Below, piece by piece: positions 51,189-61,224 of a DNA stretch of 64,000 bases. Position 1 is the first letter of the stretch; each line of letters starts with the position of its first letter. The position numbers and the translations under genes are program-made. Source of the stretch: Candidatus Marinacidobacterales bacterium (lineage in GTDB: Bacteria; Acidobacteriota; Vicinamibacteria; Marinacidobacterales; DATDRI01); assembly GCA_965226495.1 (NCBI GenBank), contig OZ245365.1, positions 768,001 through 832,000 on the forward strand, read 5' to 3'. A model generated the notes under the pieces. The model ran no database searches, had not been told where the DNA came from, and saw only the letters and a program-made list of their open reading frames with translations.

Positions 51189-51995
51189 TCAGTTCGCGCT
51201 GACGCAGTTCGTCAGATACGGTGTCTCGGTGTACTGATCGGGAACTCGCATCAGGAACGCTTGCGCGGCCTCGAGCACGGCCTCATTCTCGGGAAACTCG
51301 ACCTGAAATCCGTTGAATTGTCTCAGGGCGTCTTCGTAGATCTGTTTCGCCTCTTCCGACGCCAGAAACACCGTTACATCGGTACCGCTGGGGGCACGCG
51401 CAAACGCAGCGTCCAGTTCCTCCCGTATAGCCGTGGTCGACATGATGGAATCTACCGGCCTCGGGTAAGGGGGATAGCCGCCGATTGAGGTGGAGTTGAT
51501 TTCGAGCCGTTGGATGGCCTTGCCATATGTGGGATCGGTCTGACCGTAGACGGTCGCGGGAAGCTCGGTCAGCGTCATCATTCCACCACACATGGCACAG
51601 GGCTCCAGAGTCGTGTACAGCCGGTAGCCCTTCAGATCAAACTGCTCGGTGTTGTGGAGGTAGTTCGTGATCAGACGGACTTCGCCATGCTGAGACTCGT
51701 TGCCGGTCACATTGACTGAGTTTCTGGCCCAGCACCGCACCTGATGCTGGGAATCGACCAGGACTGAACCGATGTTGTAGCCGCGCCCAGAGGAACTTTC
51801 GTCCTGCCAGTCTTTGAGGATCACCGCATAAGCGAGAAGGGCGAAGATCTCATCTCTCTCCTGCTGAACAGGGTCGATCGCCTCCTGAGATTCAGGTTGG
51901 CTTGGCGGGTTCGGCGGAGGCTCGCTACAGCCCACCGTCGCTGTTGCCAAAGACAAGGCTACAATAACTCTCGAGTAAAACGTAGAAACTGCCAA
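51189..51995 (-). CDS. Zn-dependent nucleoside deaminase (TadA/CDA fold) with predicted lipoprotein signal
   Basis: IGSVLV, HGE and LYTTLEPCAMC; hydrophobic VIVALSLATATVGC; start uncertain (TTG 51995 or ATG 52061). Confidence 0.8.
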   Translation of the reverse strand: MAVSTFYSRVIVALSLATATVGCSEPPPNPPSQPESQEAIDPVQQERDEIFALLAYAVILKDWQDESSSGRGYNIGSVLVDSQHQVRCWARNSVNVTGNESQHGEVRLITNYLHNTEQFDLKGYRLYTTLEPCAMCGGMMTLTELPATVYGQTDPTYGKAIQRLEINSTSIGGYPPYPRPVDSIMSTTAIREELDAAFARAPSGTDVTVFLASEEAKQIYEDALRQFNGFQVEFPENEAVLEAAQAFLMRVPDQYTETPYLTNCVSAN

Positions 51996-52064
51996 AGTCT
52001 TCCCCCTTCTGCGACTGATAGATTCTTTTAAGACTTCTCTGCAAGTTACGTAGAAGATCAAGAG

Positions 52065-52330
52065 CTAAGCAACGGCAGTCATGTATACCTCCGGGAAGTA
52101 TTCGTCTGCAAGCTGAGTTGCGGCGGACATAATAGCGAAGCCCTTATTGGTGACTCGCCACCGACGGGTACGAGGGACCTTGGCAATGAGGGAATGAGCG
52201 TGAAGGCGTTGGAGGAGACGTGACGTTTTGGCGCTCTGGCTTCGACGCTGGTGGGGATTGCCGGAGGCTCTGGAGCCCGTATTGTGCCAAAACTCGGCCG
52301 ACGTCAAGAATTCCGAGCGTTTGCAGAGAG
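52065..52330 (-). pseudogene. C-terminal remnant of a probable transposase-like protein
   Basis: SRLLQRLHAHSLIAKVPRTRRWRVT.KG wHTH-like tail; upstream frame is a shadow of the FG-GAP gene. Confidence 0.5.
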
Positions 52331-52412
52331 GACCAAAAGAAACGAAAGGGCCAGGACAGGTCGATTCATGGCTCAGCCTCCTAAATTGGGGATGTATTGT
52401 ATGCTCTGGCGC

Positions 52413-53756
52413 ATGAATAGACACGCGAAATGGTGGGCTCCGGCTTCGCTGGTAACGGGCGCTTTGTTTCTGGGTGCTTGCGGCGACGGGGGTGGTCCCG
52501 ACCTCGATCAGGCGCTGGTTCTGAGCATGGCCGCGCTCGGCGAGAACGCGGACGGCTCGCCCAACCCGCTCCCCGCGCGCATTGGGATTCTCACGCGCGA
52601 GGGTGGGGCGTGGCACTACCGTTTCATCGAGGACCCTGACAGCAACGTCTTCCACAAGGCGATGGCTTATCGATCAAGCTTGTTGACCCTCGGCGGCACC
52701 CGGGCGGCCGTGAAGCTATGGGGCACCGATGGCAGCTTGGACACGCTCTGGGACGTGGATTTCGGAGGAAAGTTCAGCCGCATGCGAGACGCCGAGGTCG
52801 GAGACATCTACGGCGACGGCTCCCAAACCATCGCGGTCGCGACGCATGACCAAGGCGTGGTCGCGGTCTTGCGGCCGGACGGCGCGGGTGGATTTTCCGT
52901 CGAGGAGCTCGACCGGACGCCCGATACCGTCGTCCACGAGGTCGAGCTCGGCGACTTGAACGGCGACGGCATCGTCGAGATCTACGCCACGCCTACCGCA
53001 CCCAACAAGCTGGATGGAACACCGCAGCCCGGCAAAGTCGCACGCTACGTCCCCGCGTCCGGCGAAGGCAGGGTGGATGTCGTCGATCTCGGAGACCGCC
53101 ACGCCAAGGAGATCCTCGTCGACGACGTCGATGGTGACGGGCGCGACGAGCTCTACGTGTCCGTGGAGGCGATCTCCGGAGGGAAGGTGGAGATTCGCCG
53201 CTACGAACAAGACACGGATCCGACCGCAGTCAATATCGTGGCCACACTCGACGACAAGTTGTGTCGTTTTCTCACCGCGGGTGACGTTGATGGCGACGGC
53301 AAGAAGGAAATGGTGGCGGCGACGCACAAAGCCGGCCTCTGGCTTTTGCGACCAGGCGAGGGCATGTGGAAGAAAGAGCTCATCGATGCGGACTCCTCGG
53401 GTTTCGAGCACGCCTCGATTCTTCTCGATTTGGATGAGGACGGTCGCGACGAGCTTTATGTCGCGAGCGACGACCAGGCCGAGCTGAGGCGTTACGTTCT
53501 TTCTGACGAAGGCTGGCAGCGCGAGACCTTGTGGAAGTTCGAGGATGATCTCGGTCGGTTCACATGGAACATCATGCCCGTTCCGCTCGGGAGCTTGCCT
53601 ACATCCTCCAACACGGCAACCACAGTATCCGAGACGACCGAAGATGAAGATATTGCCGAGCCGCCTCGAGGTCTTCTCATCAAAGAGGCGTCCGTTTCCG
53701 CCCGGCTACGTTCTCTTCTCGCCACTCCTTTCCGACGTCACTTATCTCATCGATAA
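52413..53756 (+). CDS. FG-GAP/VCBS repeat lipoprotein (probable N-terminal part of a frameshifted fusion)
   Basis: Lipobox LGAC; GDIYGDG, GDLNGDG, DDVDGDGRDEL, GDVDGDGKKEM, LDLDEDGRDEL. Confidence 0.8.
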   Translation: MNRHAKWWAPASLVTGALFLGACGDGGGPDLDQALVLSMAALGENADGSPNPLPARIGILTREGGAWHYRFIEDPDSNVFHKAMAYRSSLLTLGGTRAAVKLWGTDGSLDTLWDVDFGGKFSRMRDAEVGDIYGDGSQTIAVATHDQGVVAVLRPDGAGGFSVEELDRTPDTVVHEVELGDLNGDGIVEIYATPTAPNKLDGTPQPGKVARYVPASGEGRVDVVDLGDRHAKEILVDDVDGDGRDELYVSVEAISGGKVEIRRYEQDTDPTAVNIVATLDDKLCRFLTAGDVDGDGKKEMVAATHKAGLWLLRPGEGMWKKELIDADSSGFEHASILLDLDEDGRDELYVASDDQAELRRYVLSDEGWQRETLWKFEDDLGRFTWNIMPVPLGSLPTSSNTATTVSETTEDEDIAEPPRGLLIKEASVSARLRSLLATPFRRHLSHR

Positions 53757-55074
53757 CGACGGCCAGGTCGTTCACACATGGGAGAGCGACTACGCGCCTG
53801 GGGTCAGCGCCTACTTGCTGGATAACGGCCATCTTCTACGAACCGGCCGCGAGCCTGAAGTGCCCTTGTTCTCTATTGGAGGGCATGGCGGCCGCATTCA
53901 AGAATTCACGTGGGACGGCGAGCTCGTCTGGGACTTCAAGCTCGCCAACGAACAGCGCCTCATGCATCACGACATCGAGCCGCTCCCGAACGGAAACGTC
54001 CTCGCCATCGCTTGGGAGAGGAAATCCCCGGAAGAAGTTCTTCGCGCCGGTCGCCGGCCGGACGCGATACCCGAGGCGGGGCTTTGGCCCGATATGGTGC
54101 TCGAGCTCGAGCCCGTACGGCCCGATGGGGCCCGCATCGTCTGGGAGTGGCATGCATGGGATCACCTCGTTCAAGATCACGATCCGAATTTGGACGGCTA
54201 CGGTGACCCGCGTTCGCATCCGGAGCTCATCAACATCCACGGCGATGGCGAGCGCACGGAGTTTCCCGCGGAGGAGCTCGAACGGCTCAAGGCTCTCGGC
54301 TACATGGCCGCCGATACGAGCTCCCAGGACTTGCTCTCCGATTATCTTCATACCAACGCCATCGCCTATAACGCCGCGCTCGACCAAATCGCTGTGAGCA
54401 CACCGCGGTTCCACGAGATCTGGGTCCTCGACCACAGCACCACGACGGAGGAAGCCGCGGGGCACTCGGGCGGGCGTTGGGGGAAGGGAGGCGATCTCTT
54501 GTATCGCTGGGGAAACCCGAGGACTTATGGGCGCGGCGACGAGTCGGCGCGGCAATTATTCGGACAGCACGACGTTCGCTGGATTCCCGAGAGCTTGCCG
54601 GGAGGCGGGAACATGCTCGTCTTCAACAACGACCCGAGCAGCCCGGCAGGCAATTACTCGGCCGTCGTGGAGATCGCGCCGCCGATAGATAGCGAAGGGC
54701 GCTACGTCTTTCCGGCGAGCGGGCCTTTGGGACCCGCCGAGCCGACATGGACCTACGAAGCTCCCGACAAGACGTCCTTTTATTCAGACTTCATGTCCGG
54801 CGCGCATCGGCTCGCGAACGGGAACACCCTCATCTGCTCCGGCGCGCAAGGACGCTTTATGGAGGTCACGGAAACGGGCGAGATCGTTTGGGAGTACTGG
54901 AGCCCCTATTCCGGCAACGTGCGTAATCCCGACGGCTCACATCCACATTTCGTCGCGGGTAACTCCTACGCTGTTTTCCGCGCTACAAGATTCGCACCCG
55001 ACGCGGCGGCGCTCGCCGGACGAGACCTGCGACCTCTCGACCCACAGCCAGCACCTGTAGCTGCCGAGCTATGA
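53701..55074 (+). CDS. Aryl-sulfate sulfotransferase (ASST)-like beta-propeller
   Basis: PGYVLFSP, HHDIEPLPNGN, HTNAI.YN, DLLYRWGNP, GQHD, RLANGNTLI; lacks its own convincing start. Confidence 0.8.
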   Translation, partial: PGYVLFSPLLSDVTYLIDNDGQVVHTWESDYAPGVSAYLLDNGHLLRTGREPEVPLFSIGGHGGRIQEFTWDGELVWDFKLANEQRLMHHDIEPLPNGNVLAIAWERKSPEEVLRAGRRPDAIPEAGLWPDMVLELEPVRPDGARIVWEWHAWDHLVQDHDPNLDGYGDPRSHPELINIHGDGERTEFPAEELERLKALGYMAADTSSQDLLSDYLHTNAIAYNAALDQIAVSTPRFHEIWVLDHSTTTEEAAGHSGGRWGKGGDLLYRWGNPRTYGRGDESARQLFGQHDVRWIPESLPGGGNMLVFNNDPSSPAGNYSAVVEIAPPIDSEGRYVFPASGPLGPAEPTWTYEAPDKTSFYSDFMSGAHRLANGNTLICSGAQGRFMEVTETGEIVWEYWSPYSGNVRNPDGSHPHFVAGNSYAVFRATRFAPDAAALAGRDLRPLDPQPAPVAAEL

Positions 55075-55084
55075 CCTAGCCGGT

Positions 55085-55905
55085 TCAATTTCTGTTTCGT
55101 AATACATCGGGCTCGAGGTGCCACTCGAGGTTGTTGGGCGGTGTGACCGCGAGCTCCTCAGGTTGGGCGAGCTCCCTCAGCTGCGGGGTGAAATCATAAG
55201 GAACGGGAAAAGGCCGCGTTGTGCCGCCTCGGTTCACATATTCCCAAACGATCTCGCCGTCGGGCTTCACTTGAAAGAGCCTCCCCGTATTGTCCTCGAC
55301 GATGAACGTGTTGCCGTTGGGAAGCCTGCGCTGGGTTCCCATGGTCTTGCTAAAAAACTTTAGATTGGCGTAGCCTTCCGTTTCGTACTTCCAAACAATG
55401 TCCTTCGTGGTCGGGTCGAACTCGATGATGAAGGTCTGTCCGTTGTGGCTCCGGTGCTTCGGAAAAAGACCGTTGTCGAACAAGATGATGTTGCCCGCTC
55501 CGGGGAGCCCTTTTTCGATCATCTCGGGCTCGTGGCAGTGCGACAACCCGCCTTTGTAGTCGTGGGTCCACTCCCACACGACCTTCTTTGTGTCCCGGTC
55601 GACGATGAAAAGCATGTCGATGTTTCGGGGATTGATGAGGATATTGCCCGGCTTGAATCGTTCGTCGCCCGCGTCGTACCACTTGTTCTCCGGAAGAGGC
55701 TGGATGGAGTTCATATGGAGCCAGTCGCCTTCGGGCGTTACGGGTGAAAACCGGTTCAGGTCGAGATGGTTATGCGCATGCCACTCCCAGACCACTTCCT
55801 TGTCCATGTTCACTTCGTAGATATCGGCGCCTCTTTGATGCTCGACGCTACCGCGCTTGCGCGGTGACCACCACGGAGCTATCTCGACATCCTCGACCTG
55901 CATTT
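55085..55905 (-). pseudogene. 5'-truncated ASST-like gene
   Basis: DWLHMNS, GNIILFDNG, RLPNGNT..E..GRLF..GEIVWEY; abuts an IS91 end at 55910. Confidence 0.75.
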
Positions 55906-55909
55906 GGAA

Positions 55910-56060
55910 AACGGCCTTCGTCCTCCCGACGCCGGCCACCTCGCGAGGCCTTTCTCTCTCGCAACGCCTTCGATTTATTTCAAACCATCCCGCGTACGAG
56001 GATTTTCCTTCAATCTAGCCCTCCCGCAGGTTGCTCTCGGGATAGAAATGGCTATCTGTT
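55910..56060 (+). mobile_element. Isolated 3' end (~150 bp) of the IS91-like element
   Basis: Near-identical to 47595-47745 and 56833-56983. Confidence 0.88.
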
Positions 56061-56066
56061 ATCTGT

Positions 56067-56983
56067 AGTTCCTCGTCGCTTTCTCATGCAGGTGTCGGGG
56101 ACTCTGTCCGTCTTGTGGCGCGAAGCGAGCCGCGATTTTCGCCGAGTTGCTCCAACACAGGATTCTCGCGGATGTGCCTCACGCTCAATGGGTGTTCTCG
56201 ATCCCGAAAATGTTGAGACCATATTTTTTGTACCATCGAGAGCTTCTAGGTGATCTCGCAAGACTCGCCTACGAAACCGTCCGGGAGATGATGGCCGCTG
56301 CCGTCGATGAGCCTGACGCACGCCCTGGTAGTGAATCTGTCTCGACTTCGTTATCATCCGGAATCGGGGCTCCTTATTTATGAGCCCAAGGCCGGCCACG
56401 ATGTCGACGACAGCGAGCCTATCGACCCACTTGAGTTTATCGCGCGCGTGCTCATCCACATACCGGAGCCGAAAAAGCATCTGGTTCATTTCTACCGGAC
56501 CTACGCCAACCGCGTTCGTTCGTCGACACCCAGTGTTTGCGACTCCGCGCAGAAGCAGGCAGAGGATGAACCTTCCCCTCCCCGCCGCGCTTTACGAAAA
56601 AGATGGTCAGAGCTTATTTACAAAATCTACGAAGTCGACCCTTTGACCTGTCGGCAATGCGGGAATCAGATGAAGATCGTCGCTTTCATCACTGAGCCCG
56701 CCGTCATTTGTCGTATTTTGGCTCACCGCAAATACAAAGCCTCCCGACAAAGAGCTCCTCCCCAGCCAACCCTCAACCTCCACTAAACGCCTACCCCGTC
56801 AGGACACACTCTCCCTGTGTCTTGAACCAGCCAACGGCCTTCGTCCTCCCGACGCCGGCCACCTCGCGAGGCCTTTCTCTCTCGCAACGCCTTCGATTTA
56901 TTTCAAACCATCCCGCGTACGAGGATTTTCCTTCAATCTAGCCCTCCCGCAGGTTGCTCTCGGGATAGAAATGGCTATCTGTT
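56067..56983 (+). mobile_element. IS91-like element, 5'-truncated and internally deleted
   Basis: 56067-56330 matches ~60756-61019; the rest matches ~47092-47745; HUH and catalytic Tyr region removed. Confidence 0.88.
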
Positions 56984-57102
56984 GGATGGTTCGTCTACAC
57001 TGGACGCCGAGGTGCTCCTTGCAGCGGAGCATCTCGCGAAGTGAGATATCGCTCGGGCTTGCGCACTACCGGTATAACTAACAAATTGGATAGGGGGTCA
57101 CC

Positions 57103-58035
57103 ATGTTGATGAGATTCGTGGGCATTCTTGTTTTTATCAGTGCTGCGAGTGCGTTTGCGGAGGAATCCTGTGAACCATCGAGGTGGGGACCAGACGACCA
57201 AATGGGTAACGCTAACCTCATCTCCCCGGAATCTGTGCTGAAAGCCTCCAGTCTCATTAAAACTGGCAAAACGTACGGCCTTGGAATAACCATCGACAGC
57301 AACACGCCCGCTTTTGCACCTCGCAGCTTGTCGTTGATGGTCGTGCAGCCAGGACAACAGGAAGGTGCCCGGCCATTCGGAATCAACACCTACAATGACG
57401 ACATATTTTTTGGCTGGTTTGGTATTGGATCGCAGATCGATGGCCTGGGTCATCTGGGTTACGACGGCGACTATTACAACTGTAACCGGTCCGAAGATTT
57501 TGCGCAGTTGACCGGATTGACGAAGCTGGGAATCGAAAACGTCCCACCCATCGTTGCTCGCGGGGTCGTGCTGGATATGGCGAGCCATTTTGGCGTCGAT
57601 GTTATGGAAGCTGGAAAGTACTTCTCGGTAGAAGACGTTAAAGCGGTAGCCCGGAAACAAAAAACACCGATTCGCGAAGGGGATGTGGTGTTGTTTCACA
57701 CGGGATGGACAGACGCATACCTGGATTCGGATCCTGCGACCTGGGTTGCTGCCGAGCCAGGGCAATCCGAGGAAGTTGCCCAATATCTTGCGGACTTAAA
57801 CGTGGTTGCCGTGGGGGCTGATACCTGGGGAGTTGACGTCGTGCCGCCTCAGGTGGCTGCTCGCCCGTATCAGGGTCACGTGATTCTGCTGAAAGAAAAC
57901 GGAATCTACATTCTGGAAACCATGAATACCGGACCGCTGGTTCGGGATGAAGCTTACGAGTTTCTTTTTGTCCTGGGTCAAGCGAAAGTGCGCGGCGCGG
58001 TTCAAATGATCATAAACCCAATTGCAATTCATTAA
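57103..58035 (+). CDS. Secreted cyclase-family (kynurenine formamidase-like) metallohydrolase
   Basis: Signal peptide; RWG.DD.MG..N, GSQIDGLGH, RGVVLD, GDVVLFHTGW, GADTW, GIYILE. Confidence 0.85.
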   Translation: MLMRFVGILVFISAASAFAEESCEPSRWGPDDQMGNANLISPESVLKASSLIKTGKTYGLGITIDSNTPAFAPRSLSLMVVQPGQQEGARPFGINTYNDDIFFGWFGIGSQIDGLGHLGYDGDYYNCNRSEDFAQLTGLTKLGIENVPPIVARGVVLDMASHFGVDVMEAGKYFSVEDVKAVARKQKTPIREGDVVLFHTGWTDAYLDSDPATWVAAEPGQSEEVAQYLADLNVVAVGADTWGVDVVPPQVAARPYQGHVILLKENGIYILETMNTGPLVRDEAYEFLFVLGQAKVRGAVQMIINPIAIH

Positions 58036-59332
58036 CTTTTCAAACGTTCTTCTCTGAGCGCTTTGCGACGCAACTTGCCCGCATCATCCCGCAACGGTTG
58101 ACTGACAAATTCTATTGTTCGCGGAATTTTGTATCGTACCAGGCGCTCGGCAAGATGATTGAGGTGGTTGTCTTCAGTCAGTTTTCCATCAGGCGCATCG
58201 ACTATTGCATGCACTGTGGCTCCGAGATCATCACTTGGTAGGCCAATGACGGCAGACGAGCGTACGCCGGTACAGGAATCAATCGCTGCCTCAACCTCTG
58301 CCGGGTAGACGTTTGCCCCACCGGAAAGAATCATGTCGGTGAGGCGATCCGATAGAAACAGGTAACCGTCGATGTCCATATGCCCGATGTCCCCGAGACT
58401 CTCCCAACCGCCTTCCATGACTTTTGCTTCCGCGCCGATGTAACGATAGGTGGTGCCGGCACCACTTTTCGGTCGGATGAACACCTCGCCGATTTCACCT
58501 GGGGGTAAAGTTTTGCCGTTTTCGTCGACGATTTTCATTTCGCACATCGCCGTGGGTTTCCCAACAGAACCGCGGTGTGCAAGCCATTCGACGCCGTCCA
58601 GAATCGTAGATCCAGTGCCTTCCGTGCCGCCGTAGAGTTCCCAAATGACTTCGGGACCCAACCAGTCGATGAAGGCTTCCTTCAGCCAGATCGGGCAGGG
58701 TGCAGCGAGATGCCATAACGTTCGTAGGGAAGATAGGTCATAGCGTAACCGCACGTCCGTCGGTAGATTCCAGACACGCTGCATCATTGTGGGCACCATG
58801 TAGATCGTGTCCACACTCAGAGTTTCGATGAGTTGTAATGTTTGCTCCGCATCAAAACGAGTTGTGATGGCTACCTGGTTACCTTTGCCCAGTGCCCCCA
58901 TCGCCCACATGAATGGCCCGTTGTGATACAGCGGACCGGGAATCAACACGGAGCCTTCTTTCCGGAAATTCAGAATTTCGGCATCGGGATCAGTGGTGGC
59001 CGGATGTTTCGAAACGATGAGTTTGGGGCGTCCAGTGCTGCCGCCGGAAGTCATTGCTTTGTAGGAAGTGGCGGTGAGTTCTTCCAGAGGATCGTCCGCA
59101 ATGGATACGTCGGGTTCGTACTGGGGTGGAACGGTTGTTATTTCACCATACTCGCCGGGATTCACGCCGACAATGAGTTTTGGGGCGCCGATTTCTACGA
59201 TCTGGTCGAGTTCGAATTTGGGCAGTTTGGCGGAAACCGGCTGTGGTGTGCCGCCCAGTTTCCAGGTGGCATAACACGCCGTAAAAAATTCAATGCTGTT
59301 GGATAGAGCAATCGTCACGAAATCGTCGAAGC
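58032..59332 (-). pseudogene. AMP-binding acyl-CoA ligase, 5'-truncated by an IS91 piece
   Basis: TSGGSTGRPK, YGGTE, GD, SGGANVYPAE, GKLRR; the ORF N-terminus is antisense IS sequence. Confidence 0.8.
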
Positions 59333-59793
59333 TTCCTCGTAGGCTTCTCGTGCAAGTGTAGGGGACTTTATCCATCTTGTGGCGCGAAGCGAACAGCGAG
59401 CCTATCGACCGGCTCGAGTTTCTCGCCCGAGTGCTCATCCACATCCCAGAGCCCAACAAGCATCTGGTTCATTTCTATGGCGCCTATGCCAACCGCGTTC
59501 GTTCGTCAGCACCGCGTGTCAGCGACTCTGCGGAGAAGCAGGGAGAAGATGAACCTTCTCCTGAGCGGCGCCGATTGCGAAAACGATGGCCCGAGCTTAT
59601 CTACAAAATCTACGAGGTCGACCCCTTAACCTGCCGGCCATGACGGTCATCGACGCCTCGATGCCGTCCCGGCGGCGATGCTTTTTTGCCTCACCATATG
59701 TTTGACCAAATTCGAAACGCTCCGCGTGCGAAGAATTTGCTTCAATCTAGCCGTCCCACCGACTGCTCCTCGGGATAGAAATGCCTATCTGTT
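59333..59793 (+). mobile_element. IS91-like deleted derivative (variant B, 3' part)
   Basis: 59333-59481 identical to 43311-43459; ends CGGGATAGAAATGCCTATCTGTT. Confidence 0.85.
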
Positions 59794-59869
59794 CGCGGAG
59801 GGGCTGGAAGCTGCGCATGAGAAGGGGATTGACAGGAGTCCATTGTCCTTGTGCATCCCAAACCCCACG

Positions 59870-60026
59870 AGAGGCGAGGAGCATGGGGGTGTTGGTTCAC
59901 AACACTCCCAAACGTCTGTGGGACCACAACGACTCCGGGACGGGCGTGGGGACCGCCGACGGCTTCGGCCATCAACTCCTTGATGGTCTCATAAGCAAGG
60001 CGGGCCGGATCACCGAGAAGCTCTCG
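59870..60026 (-). mobile_element. Fragment of a divergent IS91-like transposase
   Basis: [49 protein letters not shown] aligns with the 60491 ORF. Confidence 0.75.
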
Positions 60027-60040
60027 CTATCTGTTCCGCG

Positions 60041-60271
60041 GCGCTGAACCCCGTCCTCACCGTGGGCGATCAAGTCGCGGAGCCTCTTCGCGTCCACCAA
60101 GGCCTGAATCGACGACAGGCTTTGGAGAGGGCGGTCGAGCTCTTTCGCGCGGTGCGCATCCCCGACGCAGAGTCGCGGGTGGACGACTACCCCCACCCAA
60201 TGAGCGGGGGGATGAAGCAACGGGTCTTGATCGCCATGGCCATCGCCTGTTCCCCCGATCTTCTGGTTGCT
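60041..60271 (+). pseudogene. Internal fragment of an oligopeptide ABC ATPase (DppD/OppD-like)
   Basis: [13 protein letters not shown]...[28 protein letters not shown]. Confidence 0.85.
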
Positions 60272-60441
60272 TTTCTTCGTCGTGACGGCGGACCACGGCG
60301 AAAGCATGACCGAGCATGATTTTTTCTTCTGGCATGGCACGTACGCTTACCAGTCCGTTGTGCGAGTCCCGCTAATCTTCTATTTCCCCAAGGGAAAGCT
60401 GACCGGCAGAAGCTCGGTTCCAGCGAGCCTCGTGGATGTCA
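60272..60441 (+). pseudogene. Internal fragment of a sulfatase-fold gene
   Basis: [12 protein letters not shown]...HG...Y...VRVPLIF...SLVDV. Confidence 0.8.
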
Positions 60442-61221
60442 TATCGCTCCCCAGGGAGGTTTTCGATGACGGACTTCGTCTCCATCCTCTATGGACACCG
60501 TGGCGGCAACTCCTGCCATCGTCCCGCCAAAGGACGACTGTCCACCCGTTTATCGCCCGCGAAACCCACGCGCAAGCTCTCTTTACCAACTCTTCGACTC
60601 ACATTACGAAACCGTCAAGGCCGTGTGGGAAGAGCGATTCGAGCGCCAGTACGGGTTTTGGCGAGGCCACTGGGATTCCGCCGTGGCCACCTACCAAGAC
60701 TGCGGTTTGTTCGAATCCGGTTTCGCTCGCGTCAGGTGCCCGAGCTGCAAATTCGAGTTCCTCGTCGCTTTCTCATGCAGGTGTCGGGGACTCTGTCCGT
60801 CTTGTGGCGCGAAGCGAGCCGCGATTTTCGCCGAGTTGCTCCAACACAGGATTCTCGCGGATGTGCCTCACGCTCAATGGGTGTTCTCGATCCCGAAAAT
60901 GTTGAGACCATATTTTTTGTACCATCGAGAGCTTCTAGGTGATCTCGCAAGACTCGCCTACGAAACCGTCCGGGAGATGATGGCTGCTGCCGTCGATGGG
61001 CCTGACGCACGCCCTGGTATGGTCGCCGTCATCCAAACGTTTTCGTCTTCTCTAAAATTCAACCCTCATATTCATGCCATCGTCACGCGTGGGGTTTTCC
61101 TCTCTAACGGACAGTGGCATCCCATCCCTTACGTCGATACGCACAAAGCCGAGCTTGTCTTTCGCCATAAGCTTCTCCGATTTCTACGAGACCGGGACCT
61201 AATTTCCGAAGAGCGCATCGA
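60442..61221 (+). mobile_element. IS91/ISCR-like element, 5' half (Zn-binding domain plus HUH), 3'-truncated
   Basis: YRPR.P..S.LY, GFARVRC..C, FSCRCRGLCPSCG, QWVFSIPK, NPHIH; 61061-61221 matches 46820-46980. Confidence 0.9.
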
Positions 61222-61224
61222 GCG

